Positions 19,416 to 28,648 of a stretch of DNA of 61,786 nt are shown piece by piece (positions within the stretch are counted from its first letter, which is position 1; every line of letters begins with the position of its first letter). The DNA comes from Minisyncoccia bacterium (GTDB lineage Bacteria; Patescibacteriota; Minisyncoccia; UBA6257; 2-01-FULL-56-20), in NCBI GenBank assembly GCA_050008535.1, contig JBEKML010000003.1:1-61786 (forward strand), given 5' to 3'. The notes under the pieces are model-generated. The model was given only the letters and a program-made list of their open reading frames with translations, was not told the DNA's origin and ran no database searches. Made by a program: the position numbers and the translations under genes.

Positions 19416-20417
19416 ATGGCCCACAAGGCGGTTTTTTTCAACCTTGAACCGTGGGGAAAGGATTATATGCTGGAAAGCGCGGCGCTCAAGACGGCGGGGG
19501 TTTCGCTTGGGTTTGAGAATTACATCCTGAACGGCAGCCATCTTCCGGAAGACGCTGATTTTGATATCGCGGGCGTCTTTGCGGAATCAAAAGTGGATGC
19601 GGCGGTCGTTGAAAAACTTCCGAATCTTAAATGCATCGCAACGCTTTCCACGGGATTTGACCATATTGATCTTGCCGCGGCGAAAGCGCGCGGCATCGCT
19701 GTTTCCTCCGTCCCGAGCTATGGCGAAGGGACCGTCGCCGAATACGCTTTTGCGCTCCTCCTTGCACTCTCGCGAAAAATTTGCGAGGGGCGCCGTCGCG
19801 TGCATGAAGAAGGAAAATTTACGATTGACGGCCTGCGCGGATTTGATCTCGGCGGGAAAACGATCGGCATCGTGGGGACCGGCCGCATCGGGCAGCACGC
19901 GGTTATGATCGCAAAAGGATTCGGCATGAACGTGCTCGCATTTGATATTTACAAGAACGAGGCATTTGCAAAAGAGGCCGGCTTCCCTTATGTATCCCTT
20001 GAAGAACTTCTCGCAAAAAGCGATATTGTTTCGCTTCACGTTCCCGCGACGCCCGAGACCTATCACTTGCTCAACGCGAAAAATCTTCCGCTCGTGAAGC
20101 GCGGCGCGTATCTTGTGAACACGAGCCGCGGCGCGGTCATTGAAACGGCGGCGCTCGTGGAATCGTTGAAGATCGGCCAGCTCGGCGGCGCGGGATTGGA
20201 CGTTCTCGAAGAAGAAGGCGCGCTTAAGGGCGATGGCACGGCGGGGCACGAAGCAAAAACCCTCGCCGCCATCCAGGAACTCGTCGCGATGCCGAACGTG
20301 ATTGTGACGCCACATAATGCTTTCAACAGCAAAGAGGCCTTTCTGCGGATCCTTGATACCACGATAGAGAACATCGTGGCGTTTGTGGGCGGAGCGCCGA
20401 AAAATCTTGTACAATAA
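19416..20417 (+). CDS. D-isomer-specific 2-hydroxyacid dehydrogenase (D-lactate dehydrogenase-like)
   Basis: 333 aa. GIVGTGRIGQ NAD fold, NTSRGAVI, GAGLDVLEEE, TPHNAF. Confidence 0.85.
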   Translation: MAHKAVFFNLEPWGKDYMLESAALKTAGVSLGFENYILNGSHLPEDADFDIAGVFAESKVDAAVVEKLPNLKCIATLSTGFDHIDLAAAKARGIAVSSVPSYGEGTVAEYAFALLLALSRKICEGRRRVHEEGKFTIDGLRGFDLGGKTIGIVGTGRIGQHAVMIAKGFGMNVLAFDIYKNEAFAKEAGFPYVSLEELLAKSDIVSLHVPATPETYHLLNAKNLPLVKRGAYLVNTSRGAVIETAALVESLKIGQLGGAGLDVLEEEGALKGDGTAGHEAKTLAAIQELVAMPNVIVTPHNAFNSKEAFLRILDTTIENIVAFVGGAPKNLVQ

Positions 20418-20421
20418 GGAT

Positions 20422-21603
20422 ATGGAAATTAGATCTCTTACGGCACGACCGATCCTTGATTCGCGCGGCGCGTGGACCGTTGAGGCGTCTGTGGTGCTTG
20501 CGAACGGCGCGGAGGCGCGCGCGTCCGTGCCGCAGGGCAAGAGCACCGGCTCGTCCGAAGCGCGGGCGCTTCCCGCGCCGCAGGCGGTGCGCAACATCAC
20601 AAAGACGATCGCGCCGAAAGCGCACAATCGTGGGTTCAAAGACCAGGAAGCGCTTGATGCGTTTCTGATCAAGCTGGACGGAACGGGGGATAAATCAAAG
20701 CTCGGCGCGAACGCTATCCTTGCAACTTCCATCGCGTTCCTGCGCGCCTCCTCGGTTGCGACCGGCGCGCCGCTCTGGCGGCACCTCCGTGATATCTACG
20801 GGATGCCGGTGCGCGCCGGTGCGCGTCCGCGCCTTTTCATCAATGTGGTCAACGGGGGACTGCACGCCGGGAACAATCTGCACTTTCAGGAATATCTTGT
20901 GATCCCGAATTGCAACACTATAAAAGAATCGGTGGAGGTGGGTACGGCGATGTACCATGGGCTGGGCGAGCTCCTCGCACGCACGAAGGGGAAGATCGCG
21001 ACGAACCTCGGCGATGAAGGCGGCTACGCGCCTGATTTTAAAGACGACGCGGAACCGTTCCGCCTCCTCGCTGCCGTAGCAAAAAAGTTGAAGCTCATGA
21101 AAAAAGTTGATTTCGGCATGGATGCCGCCGCGACCGACATTAAAATGAAACACAAATGGCTTGAAGAAATGTATCCGAAACTTCTCCGCGGGCACAACCT
21201 GATCTATCTTGAGGATCCGTTTAATGAAGAGGATTTTTTGAGCTTCGCCGCGCTTACCATGCGTTTTGGCGCGCGCACGTGGATCGCGGGCGACGACCTT
21301 ACGACGACGAATGTGCGCCGGATGGAACGCGCGCACGCAGAGGGGAGTGTGAACGCGGTCATTATAAAACCGAACCAGATCGGCACGGTAAGCGAGGCGC
21401 TTGATGCCGTTCGCGTGGCACGCAAATATAACTGGGCCGTGGTGGCCTCGCACCGGAGCGGCGAGACGAACGACGATTTTATTGCCGACTTTGCCTATGG
21501 CGTGGGTGCGGACGGCCTGAAGCTCGGCGCGCCCGCAAGAGGGGAGCGGATTGCGAAATATAACCGATTGTTGGAAATAGAAAGCAAGGAAGCGCGTTCG
21601 TAA
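20422..21603 (+). CDS. eno: enolase
   Basis: Track ORF trimmed to the ATG at 20422 (393 aa). ARPILDSRG, SVPQGKSTGSSEA, IKPNQIGT, SHRSGET. Confidence 0.85.
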   Translation: MEIRSLTARPILDSRGAWTVEASVVLANGAEARASVPQGKSTGSSEARALPAPQAVRNITKTIAPKAHNRGFKDQEALDAFLIKLDGTGDKSKLGANAILATSIAFLRASSVATGAPLWRHLRDIYGMPVRAGARPRLFINVVNGGLHAGNNLHFQEYLVIPNCNTIKESVEVGTAMYHGLGELLARTKGKIATNLGDEGGYAPDFKDDAEPFRLLAAVAKKLKLMKKVDFGMDAAATDIKMKHKWLEEMYPKLLRGHNLIYLEDPFNEEDFLSFAALTMRFGARTWIAGDDLTTTNVRRMERAHAEGSVNAVIIKPNQIGTVSEALDAVRVARKYNWAVVASHRSGETNDDFIADFAYGVGADGLKLGAPARGERIAKYNRLLEIESKEARS

Positions 21604-21614
21604 TAGCTGAATCT

Positions 21615-22817
21615 ATGACGCAGAAGATAGACGCGAAGGAACTGGACGTTATTGTGATTGGCGCTGGACCCGCCGGCGGTTCTGTGGCGCGCGAGCTCGC
21701 CAAGCGTGGCAGGAAAGTTCTACTTATTGAGCGCTCCCAGGAGATTGGCGAGCCGAACTATTCCACCGCAGGGACCTCAAAAGAGACCGTTGATGAGTTT
21801 GGTCTTCCCGAAAAGATCCTTTCCGCGACGTGGGACACGTTCTTGTTTGCGACGCCTCGTGTTCAGGCATCTTTCAAATATCCTGGCGGGAAAGGGTACG
21901 TACTTGATTTTGCCGGACTAAAGCGTTTTCTTGTCGAAGACGCGGCATATTATGGCGCAGAGGTGATGGTGGGAACCAATGTTTCGGAATTTATTGAGGA
22001 GGGAGAGCGTTTTTCGGGTGTTCGCTATCATGGTTCGCTTGGCAGCGGGGAAGCGCGGGCGAAGCTGATCATTGATGCCACCGGCCATAACGAACTCGCG
22101 AATGCGAAATTGAAAATTAATCCGTTGAGCACCGAGTGGCTTGGCAATGCGATGGAATACGTAATGACCAATGTGCCGGAGAGCCTAAAAACAACCCTTG
22201 CTTTTTATTTCGGCTCAGAATACGCCTATCGCGGGTATTCTTGGATATTCCCCATGAACGGCAATCGTGATGCAAAGGTGGGCACGAGCGCCTTGGGACC
22301 GATGCCGAAGGATAAAAGCCTGGAGGACCTTCAGAAAAAATTTATCAATGCACTTCCGTATTTCGAGAAAATGGAACCTATCGAAATACACGCCGGAGCG
22401 GCAAGAGCCGATGGCGGAGTGAAGAACCACGTCTATAAGAATATCGTGCTTATAGGGGATTCGGCTCACCAGATCAATCCTTTGCTTGGCGAGGGAATCC
22501 GGCACGCGCTTTTTGCGGGGAGACTGGCGGCCGGAATCATCGACCAGTGGCTTAGTGAAAAAGATGCGAACGACGGCGACCTTAAAAGAAGATACGAAGC
22601 CGCATGGAAAAAAAAGTTCGGAACTGCCTGGCGGCTTTCGAATCTGGCGATAAAGTATGCTGCCGGTTTTAACGACAAGCAGTGGGACGAAACCATAGAG
22701 GCGATCGGGAAGCTTTCCCCGGACGATTTCTTCAGACTGATTTCTGACTACGACCCTAAGGTTTTGTTGAAGTATCCCTCACTCGCAGCGAAAATGATAA
22801 AAATAAAGCTTTCTTGA
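21615..22817 (+). CDS. FAD-dependent geranylgeranyl-reductase-family oxidoreductase
   Basis: 400 aa. DVIVIGAGPAGGSVARELAKRGRKVLLIER dinucleotide fold, and LIGDSAHQINPLLGEGI. Confidence 0.7.
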   Translation: MTQKIDAKELDVIVIGAGPAGGSVARELAKRGRKVLLIERSQEIGEPNYSTAGTSKETVDEFGLPEKILSATWDTFLFATPRVQASFKYPGGKGYVLDFAGLKRFLVEDAAYYGAEVMVGTNVSEFIEEGERFSGVRYHGSLGSGEARAKLIIDATGHNELANAKLKINPLSTEWLGNAMEYVMTNVPESLKTTLAFYFGSEYAYRGYSWIFPMNGNRDAKVGTSALGPMPKDKSLEDLQKKFINALPYFEKMEPIEIHAGAARADGGVKNHVYKNIVLIGDSAHQINPLLGEGIRHALFAGRLAAGIIDQWLSEKDANDGDLKRRYEAAWKKKFGTAWRLSNLAIKYAAGFNDKQWDETIEAIGKLSPDDFFRLISDYDPKVLLKYPSLAAKMIKIKLS

Positions 22818-22878
22818 ACCTTGAATCCGTGGCGCGTATTTGAGCCCTGGTTCTAAGCTATTAAATCATTACGACCGC

Positions 22879-22907
22879 TTGACTAATTTTGCATTAAGAA
22901 GTATAAT
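22879..22907 (+). promoter_or_regulatory. near-consensus sigma-70 promoter
   Basis: TTGACT (22879-22884), 17-nt spacer, TATAAT (22902-22907). AAGGAGAAGGA precedes the GTG start at 22946. Confidence 0.55.
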
Positions 22908-22945
22908 TTTCCGCAGTTGCTAGCATTGTCAAAGGAGAAGGAATC

Positions 22946-24460
22946 GTGGAAAAGAAGCTTTCCAGATGGTGGTATCTGCCACCGATCATGCTTCTTGGGT
23001 TGGCTTTCTACCGGCCCGCGGAGCAAATCGTCGCGGCGAATGGCATCGCCGAGGACTTGACCTTGAAGAGTGTGCCGCTGGATTCGTTCCGGCAACTGTT
23101 TGATGAGCGTCCGCAGATGCTCACCGAAGAAGTCACGCCGAACGGCAAACCGCAGAAGGATCCCATTGCCTATTACCGCTTCGTTGCGAAGCGGAAGACA
23201 TGGGAGCTTAAGGCACAAAAGCGCCTCGGCCTCTGCCACCGCTCCAATGAATGGTCGCGGGACTGCGCTACTCTACAAGCCATGTTGGAGCAGGAACAAG
23301 TAGACCAAACGCTGACGACCGTCAACGCGAAGTATAGTGAGGCCTTTGGCCTGCAGGAGATGCAGGAGGCGGGCAAGAAGTTCTCGATGACCCGCTCAAT
23401 AGAACCACCGACGGTGCCAGCCGATTACCATCGCGTCTGGCCGGAGGTGCGGAAGGCCTACTGGCTGGCGGTACTGATCTACGGTCTCGGCATTCTGCCG
23501 ATCTGGATAACCCGCCGCGGAATGAGGGTGTGGTACGAAATCCCGCGCATCGTCGCGGCTTCTCTCACCTTCTTTGTTTCGTGGTTCGTTTATCCGATCC
23601 GGCTTGACCAAACGCGCCAGGCGAGAAGCGCGCTGGAGTTCGCTTGCGGATTCCTCATGTTGATTTTCTCATTCGGGACGGCAGCCGGTTCGCTTGCAAA
23701 GGCGCAGACCGGCGGTGCGTTCGGCGGGAAAAGCACATCCGAAGAGATCAAGAAGAAGCGGCGCCGTGCCACCGTTGTGTTGTCCACCAGTATCTCATCG
23801 GAGTTGCCAAGCGCCATTTCTGGGAGCATCTTCAACCCGGCGCCCAACCTTCAGTCCAGTCTCACGGTCAGATGGGATAACGGTCTGTACGGGTCGATCA
23901 CCCAGTGGAAGGGGTTGGACCATCGGGATCCCAATGCCAACCTCGGCGATTGGCTTCTTGGAACCGCCGGGTACTCACGGAGGTTTTCGCGGATGTCTGT
24001 GACGGCGGAGGGGACGTACGCAAACCCAGCCCCACTATCGCTCGTCTGCGGCGACTACGCGATATTCCGGGCGACCGTCGCATTTCCGCTCGGCGAGGGC
24101 GGGAAACAGGGGACCGTGCTCGGAACAGTCCGGGAGGTCCTGAAGTTCAACAAGGGATTCATTGATGCCGGAACGTATGGCTATCTCGGGTACAACCGGG
24201 ACGTCAAAGTCCCCGGCCTCCCGATCCCGGTTGCAACCTCAAGCGAGCTTCGGTTTGATCCCGGCAACATCGGGCGCGGTGCGGCAGTGGTTCTAGCTGA
24301 ACGCGTTGAGCTGCCGCTACTGCCAAAAACGAAGCGCTTGTCCCTACGGCCGTTCATCGGGGCGCAAGGTCCTCTCTGGAGGGAGCGACCCGTACGGAGC
24401 GATAACCGCTCCTGGGAACTCTTCGGCGGCCTCTCGCTGGCGTTCTCATTCAGGATCTGA
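22946..24460 (+). CDS. orphan membrane protein with beta-rich C-terminal half
   Basis: 504 aa with a GTG start. About 3 TM helices at residues 170-262, a KKKRRR patch, then about 240 aa with an alternating pattern ending GGLSLAFSFRI. GC-rich. Confidence 0.55.
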   Translation: MEKKLSRWWYLPPIMLLGLAFYRPAEQIVAANGIAEDLTLKSVPLDSFRQLFDERPQMLTEEVTPNGKPQKDPIAYYRFVAKRKTWELKAQKRLGLCHRSNEWSRDCATLQAMLEQEQVDQTLTTVNAKYSEAFGLQEMQEAGKKFSMTRSIEPPTVPADYHRVWPEVRKAYWLAVLIYGLGILPIWITRRGMRVWYEIPRIVAASLTFFVSWFVYPIRLDQTRQARSALEFACGFLMLIFSFGTAAGSLAKAQTGGAFGGKSTSEEIKKKRRRATVVLSTSISSELPSAISGSIFNPAPNLQSSLTVRWDNGLYGSITQWKGLDHRDPNANLGDWLLGTAGYSRRFSRMSVTAEGTYANPAPLSLVCGDYAIFRATVAFPLGEGGKQGTVLGTVREVLKFNKGFIDAGTYGYLGYNRDVKVPGLPIPVATSSELRFDPGNIGRGAAVVLAERVELPLLPKTKRLSLRPFIGAQGPLWRERPVRSDNRSWELFGGLSLAFSFRI

Positions 24461-24494
24461 GATCGATTTCCTTCTCCAGTTTTTGCAGTTTCTC

Positions 24495-24522
24495 GACCGG
24501 CGCCCCGCGACGCCGGTCTTTT
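24495..24522 (+). terminator. intrinsic terminator
   Basis: GACCGGCG / CGCCGGTC stem followed by TTTT. Confidence 0.6.
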
Positions 24523-24548
24523 CAATCTTTGTTGTATAATAAAGCTAC

Positions 24549-26066
24549 ATGACGCTTCTTATCAAAGACGTTCAGATTTTGGGCGGAGCACGGCCATTCC
24601 CGGACCGGATGGATGTGTTCGTGAACGACGACAAGATCTCGGCAATCGGGAATTTCCCGAATAAGAAAGCTGATGTGGTTTTGGAGGGCCAGGGCGCCTA
24701 TTTGAGTCCTGGTTTTATTGATGTGAACACCGACTCGGACCACTATCTTACGCTTTTTGACCACCCGGGCCAGGAGGATTTTTTGAAGCAGGGCGTGACA
24801 ACCATCTTCGGCGGCATGTGCGGGTCGTCCTTGGCGCCGCTTTTGTACGGCGGCCTTGAGTCGATGGGAAAATGGGCCGATCCGAACCGCGTGAACGTCA
24901 ATTGGCACACGATGGGGGAACTGCTCAAGGTGATCGACCGGCACCCGCTCGCGGTGAATTTCGGGACCATGGTGGGGCACGCCACCATCCGCCGCGCCAT
25001 TTTGGGCGAGGCCTCGCGCGATCTCACAAAGAACGAACTCAACGTGTTCGCCCGGACGCTTCGGGCGGCGCTTCAGGAGGGGGGATTCGGACTTTCCACC
25101 GGCCTTGCCTACGTTCACGCGAAAGAAACGCCCTATGCGGAACTTAAATTCCTTGCCGATATCGCCGGGGAGTTCAAGGGTGTGTACGCCACGCATCTTC
25201 GGAACACCAGTACGGGGATTTTGCAGTCGGTCGAAGAGACGATAAAGCTTAGCAAGGAAACAAAGATAAAAACGCTTATCAGCCACTTCGTGCCGGTGAT
25301 CGGGTCGGAGAAGGAGTACGAAGCGGCGCTCGCGGCGATCGAAGCATTGCCGCCCGAAGCGGATTTTCACTTTGACATTTATCCTTCCGCGAATTCGCTC
25401 CTGCCCATTTATACTTTTTTGCCGCCGTGGGCGCAGACGGGCGGCGTCGCCGTCATGCTTGCGAACGTGAAGGACGAATGGCTTGCGACGCGCATCAAAA
25501 AAGAAATGCCCCGTCTCGACGAGGAACATTTTGTGATCACCCAAGCTCCGGGAAACGATTTTTTGGTGGGGAAGTCCCTGAAGGAGGTGAAGGAAATATA
25601 CGGCGTAAAGGACGGCCGGGAAGCCCTTGTCCGCCTCATGGTAACGATGAATATGCGGGGAGGCGTCTTGTACCGGAATCTGGCAAGCCATCTTACGAAG
25701 CGCGCGATGGCTTCCAAGCACAGTTTCATTGCTTCAAACGCTCCGAGCTTCGCCGAAAAATCCCTCCGCGGCAAACAGCTAAAATCGGAAAGAACCACAA
25801 GCACTTTCACCGAATTTCTCGCGATGGTGGAGCGGGAACACCTTATGCCGCTCGAGGAAGCAATCGCGAAGATCACGGTTGGGCCGGCGAAGAAGTTCAA
25901 TCTTCCGCTCCGGGGGATCGTTGCCGAAGGCAATATTGCAGACCTTACGTGCTTCAAGGGAAACGAGAGCAAGTTCACGGTGGTGAACGGCAAAGTGGCG
26001 ATGCAAAACGGCGAGTGCAAGGGGGTATTCGCGGGCAGGGCGCTTCGCCATAACGCCCGCCGATAG
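24549..26066 (+). CDS. amidohydrolase-superfamily protein (D-aminoacylase-like), metal motif substituted
   Basis: 505 aa. The N-terminal beta-sandwich plus PGFID context is typical of N-acyl-D-amino-acid deacylases, but the sequence reads PGFIDVNTDSD where HxH is expected. Confidence 0.65.
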   Translation: MTLLIKDVQILGGARPFPDRMDVFVNDDKISAIGNFPNKKADVVLEGQGAYLSPGFIDVNTDSDHYLTLFDHPGQEDFLKQGVTTIFGGMCGSSLAPLLYGGLESMGKWADPNRVNVNWHTMGELLKVIDRHPLAVNFGTMVGHATIRRAILGEASRDLTKNELNVFARTLRAALQEGGFGLSTGLAYVHAKETPYAELKFLADIAGEFKGVYATHLRNTSTGILQSVEETIKLSKETKIKTLISHFVPVIGSEKEYEAALAAIEALPPEADFHFDIYPSANSLLPIYTFLPPWAQTGGVAVMLANVKDEWLATRIKKEMPRLDEEHFVITQAPGNDFLVGKSLKEVKEIYGVKDGREALVRLMVTMNMRGGVLYRNLASHLTKRAMASKHSFIASNAPSFAEKSLRGKQLKSERTTSTFTEFLAMVEREHLMPLEEAIAKITVGPAKKFNLPLRGIVAEGNIADLTCFKGNESKFTVVNGKVAMQNGECKGVFAGRALRHNARR

Positions 26067-26068
26067 CT

Positions 26069-27178
26069 ATGAAGCTGATAAGCAGCAAACAAGGCCACGG
26101 CCCGGATTACTTCTTCTTCGCCGTGGTCGTGATACTCGTGATCTTCGGGCTCGCGATGCTTGCTTCTGCGTCTTCCAATCTCGGCAAGACCAGTTTCAAT
26201 GACACGTATTATTATCTGAAGCACCAGATCATCTATGGCATCTCATTCGGCATCATAGGATTTGCCGCCGGCTATTTCTTTTATTATGGGAATTGGAAAA
26301 AGATCGCGTTTATCGCGCTGCTTATCAGTTTGGCTGCGTTGATTCTTGTCTTTACGCCGCTCGGGCTCCAGGCCCGGAACACGAGCCGCTGGCTTCGCCT
26401 CGGCCCCTTGAGCTTCCAGCCCGCCGAACTTATGAAACTGACCTTCCTTATTTATCTTGCTGCCTGGCTTTCAAACCCGAAATTCAAACGTGCGACGGAT
26501 TTCCAATCGGGACTTCTGCCCTTCCTTATCATTTCCGGCATCATTGCGGGGTTGCTTATCCTTCAGCCCGCGACGAGCACGGTCGTCATCCTTCTTTGCG
26601 CAGGACTGGCTGTCTATTTCATGAGCGGCGCACCGCTCAAATATCTCGCACTCACGCTTGTTGCCGCGATCGTTGTAATAGGGCTCGTCGTATACATTAC
26701 CCCGTACCGCCGTGCGCGGATATTGAGCTTCCTTGATCAATCTGCGGACACGCAGGGAGCGAACTATCAGCTCAACCAATCGCTCATCGCGATCGGATCG
26801 GGCGGCCTTACGGGCGTGGGATACGGCCAATCGGCAACCAAGACGAACTATCTTCCCACGCCGATAGACGATTCCATCTTTGCGGTCGTGGCGCAGGAAC
26901 TTGGCTTTGTGGGCGCAGGGACGCTCGTTGCGCTTTTTGCGATGTTCGCCACACGCCTTTTTTGGCTTGCGAGAAAAATGAACGACCGCTTCGGGCGCTT
27001 GCTTTTGATCGGTTTCGGGACGGTCATCGCGCTCCAGGCGTTCGTGAACATCGCGGCCACCTCCGGGCTCATTCCGCTCACGGGCGTGCCGCTGCCCTTC
27101 GTGAGCTACGGCGGCACGGCGCTTGCGGTCTTCCTCACAATGAGCGGCATCGCACTCAATGTTTCAAAATATACCTGA
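26069..27178 (+). CDS. ftsW: SEDS-family peptidoglycan polymerase FtsW/RodA
   Basis: 369 aa, about 10 TM. Contains QPAELMK, LPTPIDDSIFAV and SYGGTA. Confidence 0.85.
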   Translation: MKLISSKQGHGPDYFFFAVVVILVIFGLAMLASASSNLGKTSFNDTYYYLKHQIIYGISFGIIGFAAGYFFYYGNWKKIAFIALLISLAALILVFTPLGLQARNTSRWLRLGPLSFQPAELMKLTFLIYLAAWLSNPKFKRATDFQSGLLPFLIISGIIAGLLILQPATSTVVILLCAGLAVYFMSGAPLKYLALTLVAAIVVIGLVVYITPYRRARILSFLDQSADTQGANYQLNQSLIAIGSGGLTGVGYGQSATKTNYLPTPIDDSIFAVVAQELGFVGAGTLVALFAMFATRLFWLARKMNDRFGRLLLIGFGTVIALQAFVNIAATSGLIPLTGVPLPFVSYGGTALAVFLTMSGIALNVSKYT

Positions 27179-27185
27179 TAAGAGC

Positions 27186-28310
27186 ATGCAAGAACGTCCA
27201 TTCACTATTGTCTTTGCGGGTGGGGGGAGCGGGGGACACGTGTACCCCATACTTGCCGTTGCGGGTGTGCTCCGGAAACATTTTGAAGAACTGCGTGTTC
27301 CTTCCCGGATGGTCCGCATGGGGCCGAAGGATGGTTATGAAATACTCTTCCAAAACCGGGACATCGCGCTTTCGCCGATCGTCGCGGGCAAGGTGCGGCG
27401 GTACGCATCGCTTAAAAACTTTGTGGATGTTCCGAAGTTCTTCATCGGATTTTTCCAGGCGCTCGTAAAGCTGTATTTCATCATGCCCGACGTCATTTTC
27501 TCAAAGGGCGGGACGGGCGCGCTGCCCGTGGTCATCGCCGGCTGGCTCTATCGTATCCCCATCGCCATCCACGAATCGGATGCAAAGCCCGGCCTTACGA
27601 ATCTTTTTTCCGCACGATTTGCAAGGAGAGTATTCGTCGGTTTTGAGGAAGCCGCGCATTATTTCAATCCGCAAAAGACGGAAGTTACCGGTACGCCGGT
27701 CCGCGAAGAACTTCTCGCAGGAAGAACCACAAAGGAGCTTGCCAAAGAAACGCTTGGTTTCAGCGCATCAGCCCCGCTCACCCTCGTTCTCGGTGGTTCG
27801 CAGGGGTCGCAACGGATCAACGAATTCATCCTCAAGAATTTAGGCGCGATAGTAAAAGAAACGCAGCTTTTGCACCAGACCGGCATCGCAAACCTTGCCG
27901 AGGTGCAAAAACTTTCCCGCGCCGCGCTCATTGACGAATCGTTCAGGAATCGCTACCAGCCCATCGGTTTTTTTGAAAAGAATCTTGCCTTGGCGCTTAC
28001 CGCCGCCGACCTTGTGGTCATGCGGTCGGGAAGCATGCTTATGGAGATCGCCGCGTTTGGCCTTCCCGCCATCCTTATCCCGCTTTCCGAATCGGCGAAC
28101 GGCCACCAGGTGATCAACGCGTATGAATTCGCAAAGAGCGGCGCGGCGGTCGTGATAGAAGAAGCGAACCTCTTGCCGGGAATATTCATCAGCCAGTTGA
28201 AATCGATCCTCGGCAATCAGGACCTGTGCGCGAAAATGAGCGCGGCCTCAAGCAAATTCTTCATTCCCGACGCAGCGGAAAAGATCGCCGACGAGCTTCT
28301 CGCGCTGTAA
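27186..28310 (+). CDS. murG: UDP-N-acetylglucosamine--N-acetylmuramyl-(pentapeptide) pyrophosphoryl-undecaprenol N-acetylglucosamine transferase
   Basis: Track ORF trimmed to the ATG at 27186. Contains FAGGGSGGHVYP, GGSQGS and MRSGSMLMEIAAFGLPAILIP. Confidence 0.9.
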   Translation: MQERPFTIVFAGGGSGGHVYPILAVAGVLRKHFEELRVPSRMVRMGPKDGYEILFQNRDIALSPIVAGKVRRYASLKNFVDVPKFFIGFFQALVKLYFIMPDVIFSKGGTGALPVVIAGWLYRIPIAIHESDAKPGLTNLFSARFARRVFVGFEEAAHYFNPQKTEVTGTPVREELLAGRTTKELAKETLGFSASAPLTLVLGGSQGSQRINEFILKNLGAIVKETQLLHQTGIANLAEVQKLSRAALIDESFRNRYQPIGFFEKNLALALTAADLVVMRSGSMLMEIAAFGLPAILIPLSESANGHQVINAYEFAKSGAAVVIEEANLLPGIFISQLKSILGNQDLCAKMSAASSKFFIPDAAEKIADELLAL

Positions 28311-28333
28311 CGCATTTCCTCCATGGCAGCTAA

Positions 28334-28477
28334 GGAACAAGCAAAACCTCTCGTAAGGGACGGCGTCGTTTCCTCCGACAGGGAAACGCGCCTCTCCCTC
28401 GCCACGGCAAGCAACCTAAAGGTTGCTTCAAGCCGCCGTGGCTCCGGGACGCCCTTCCGAGAGGTTTTGCTTGTTCC
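28334..28477 (+). repeat. 144-nt structured palindromic element, copy 1 (candidate ncRNA or MITE-like element)
   Basis: A 20-bp terminal stem, GGAACAAGCAAAACCTCTCG / CGAGAGGTTTTGCTTGTTCC, encloses two internal hairpins. It equals the reverse complement of 32087-32230 with 7 mismatches (hand alignment). Confidence 0.8.
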
Positions 28478-28573
28478 TTATGCTAGGGGGACGGAGAGTT
28501 ACCTCTGCGTGCCACTTGATGCGAAATGATCTTCTGCCTAAATTATCCGCCTACCTCTTGGCGAGTTAAGACT

Positions 28574-28603
28574 TTGACTAGGGAATAAAATAATTGTTTA
28601 ATA
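28574..28603 (+). promoter_or_regulatory. candidate promoter of the OLD-xseAB operon
   Basis: TTGACT (28574-28579), about 17-18-nt spacer, TGtTTAATA. AAAAAGGAA precedes the ATG at 28649. Confidence 0.35.
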
Positions 28604-28648
28604 AAGGTGTGATTGTCCTAATGTCGTGAAAAAAGGAATAACTCCTAG

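Noticed and set aside
19587-20732. 381-aa minus-strand ORF. Similar long antisense ORFs occur at 24522..25721, 25409..26224, 20695..21453, 5948..6721, 4727..5407, 18553..19191 and 14394..15044.
   Set aside because: Each is antisense to a gene with unambiguous family motifs. Their translations are Arg/Pro/His-rich and low in complexity, as expected for shadow ORFs in GC-rich coding DNA.
28323-28529. 68-aa plus-strand ORF overlapping element copy 1 (and the 61-aa minus ORF 31956..32141 near copy 2)
   Set aside because: The ORF is a by-product of the palindromic element. The second copy does not preserve the same frame, and there is no RBS.
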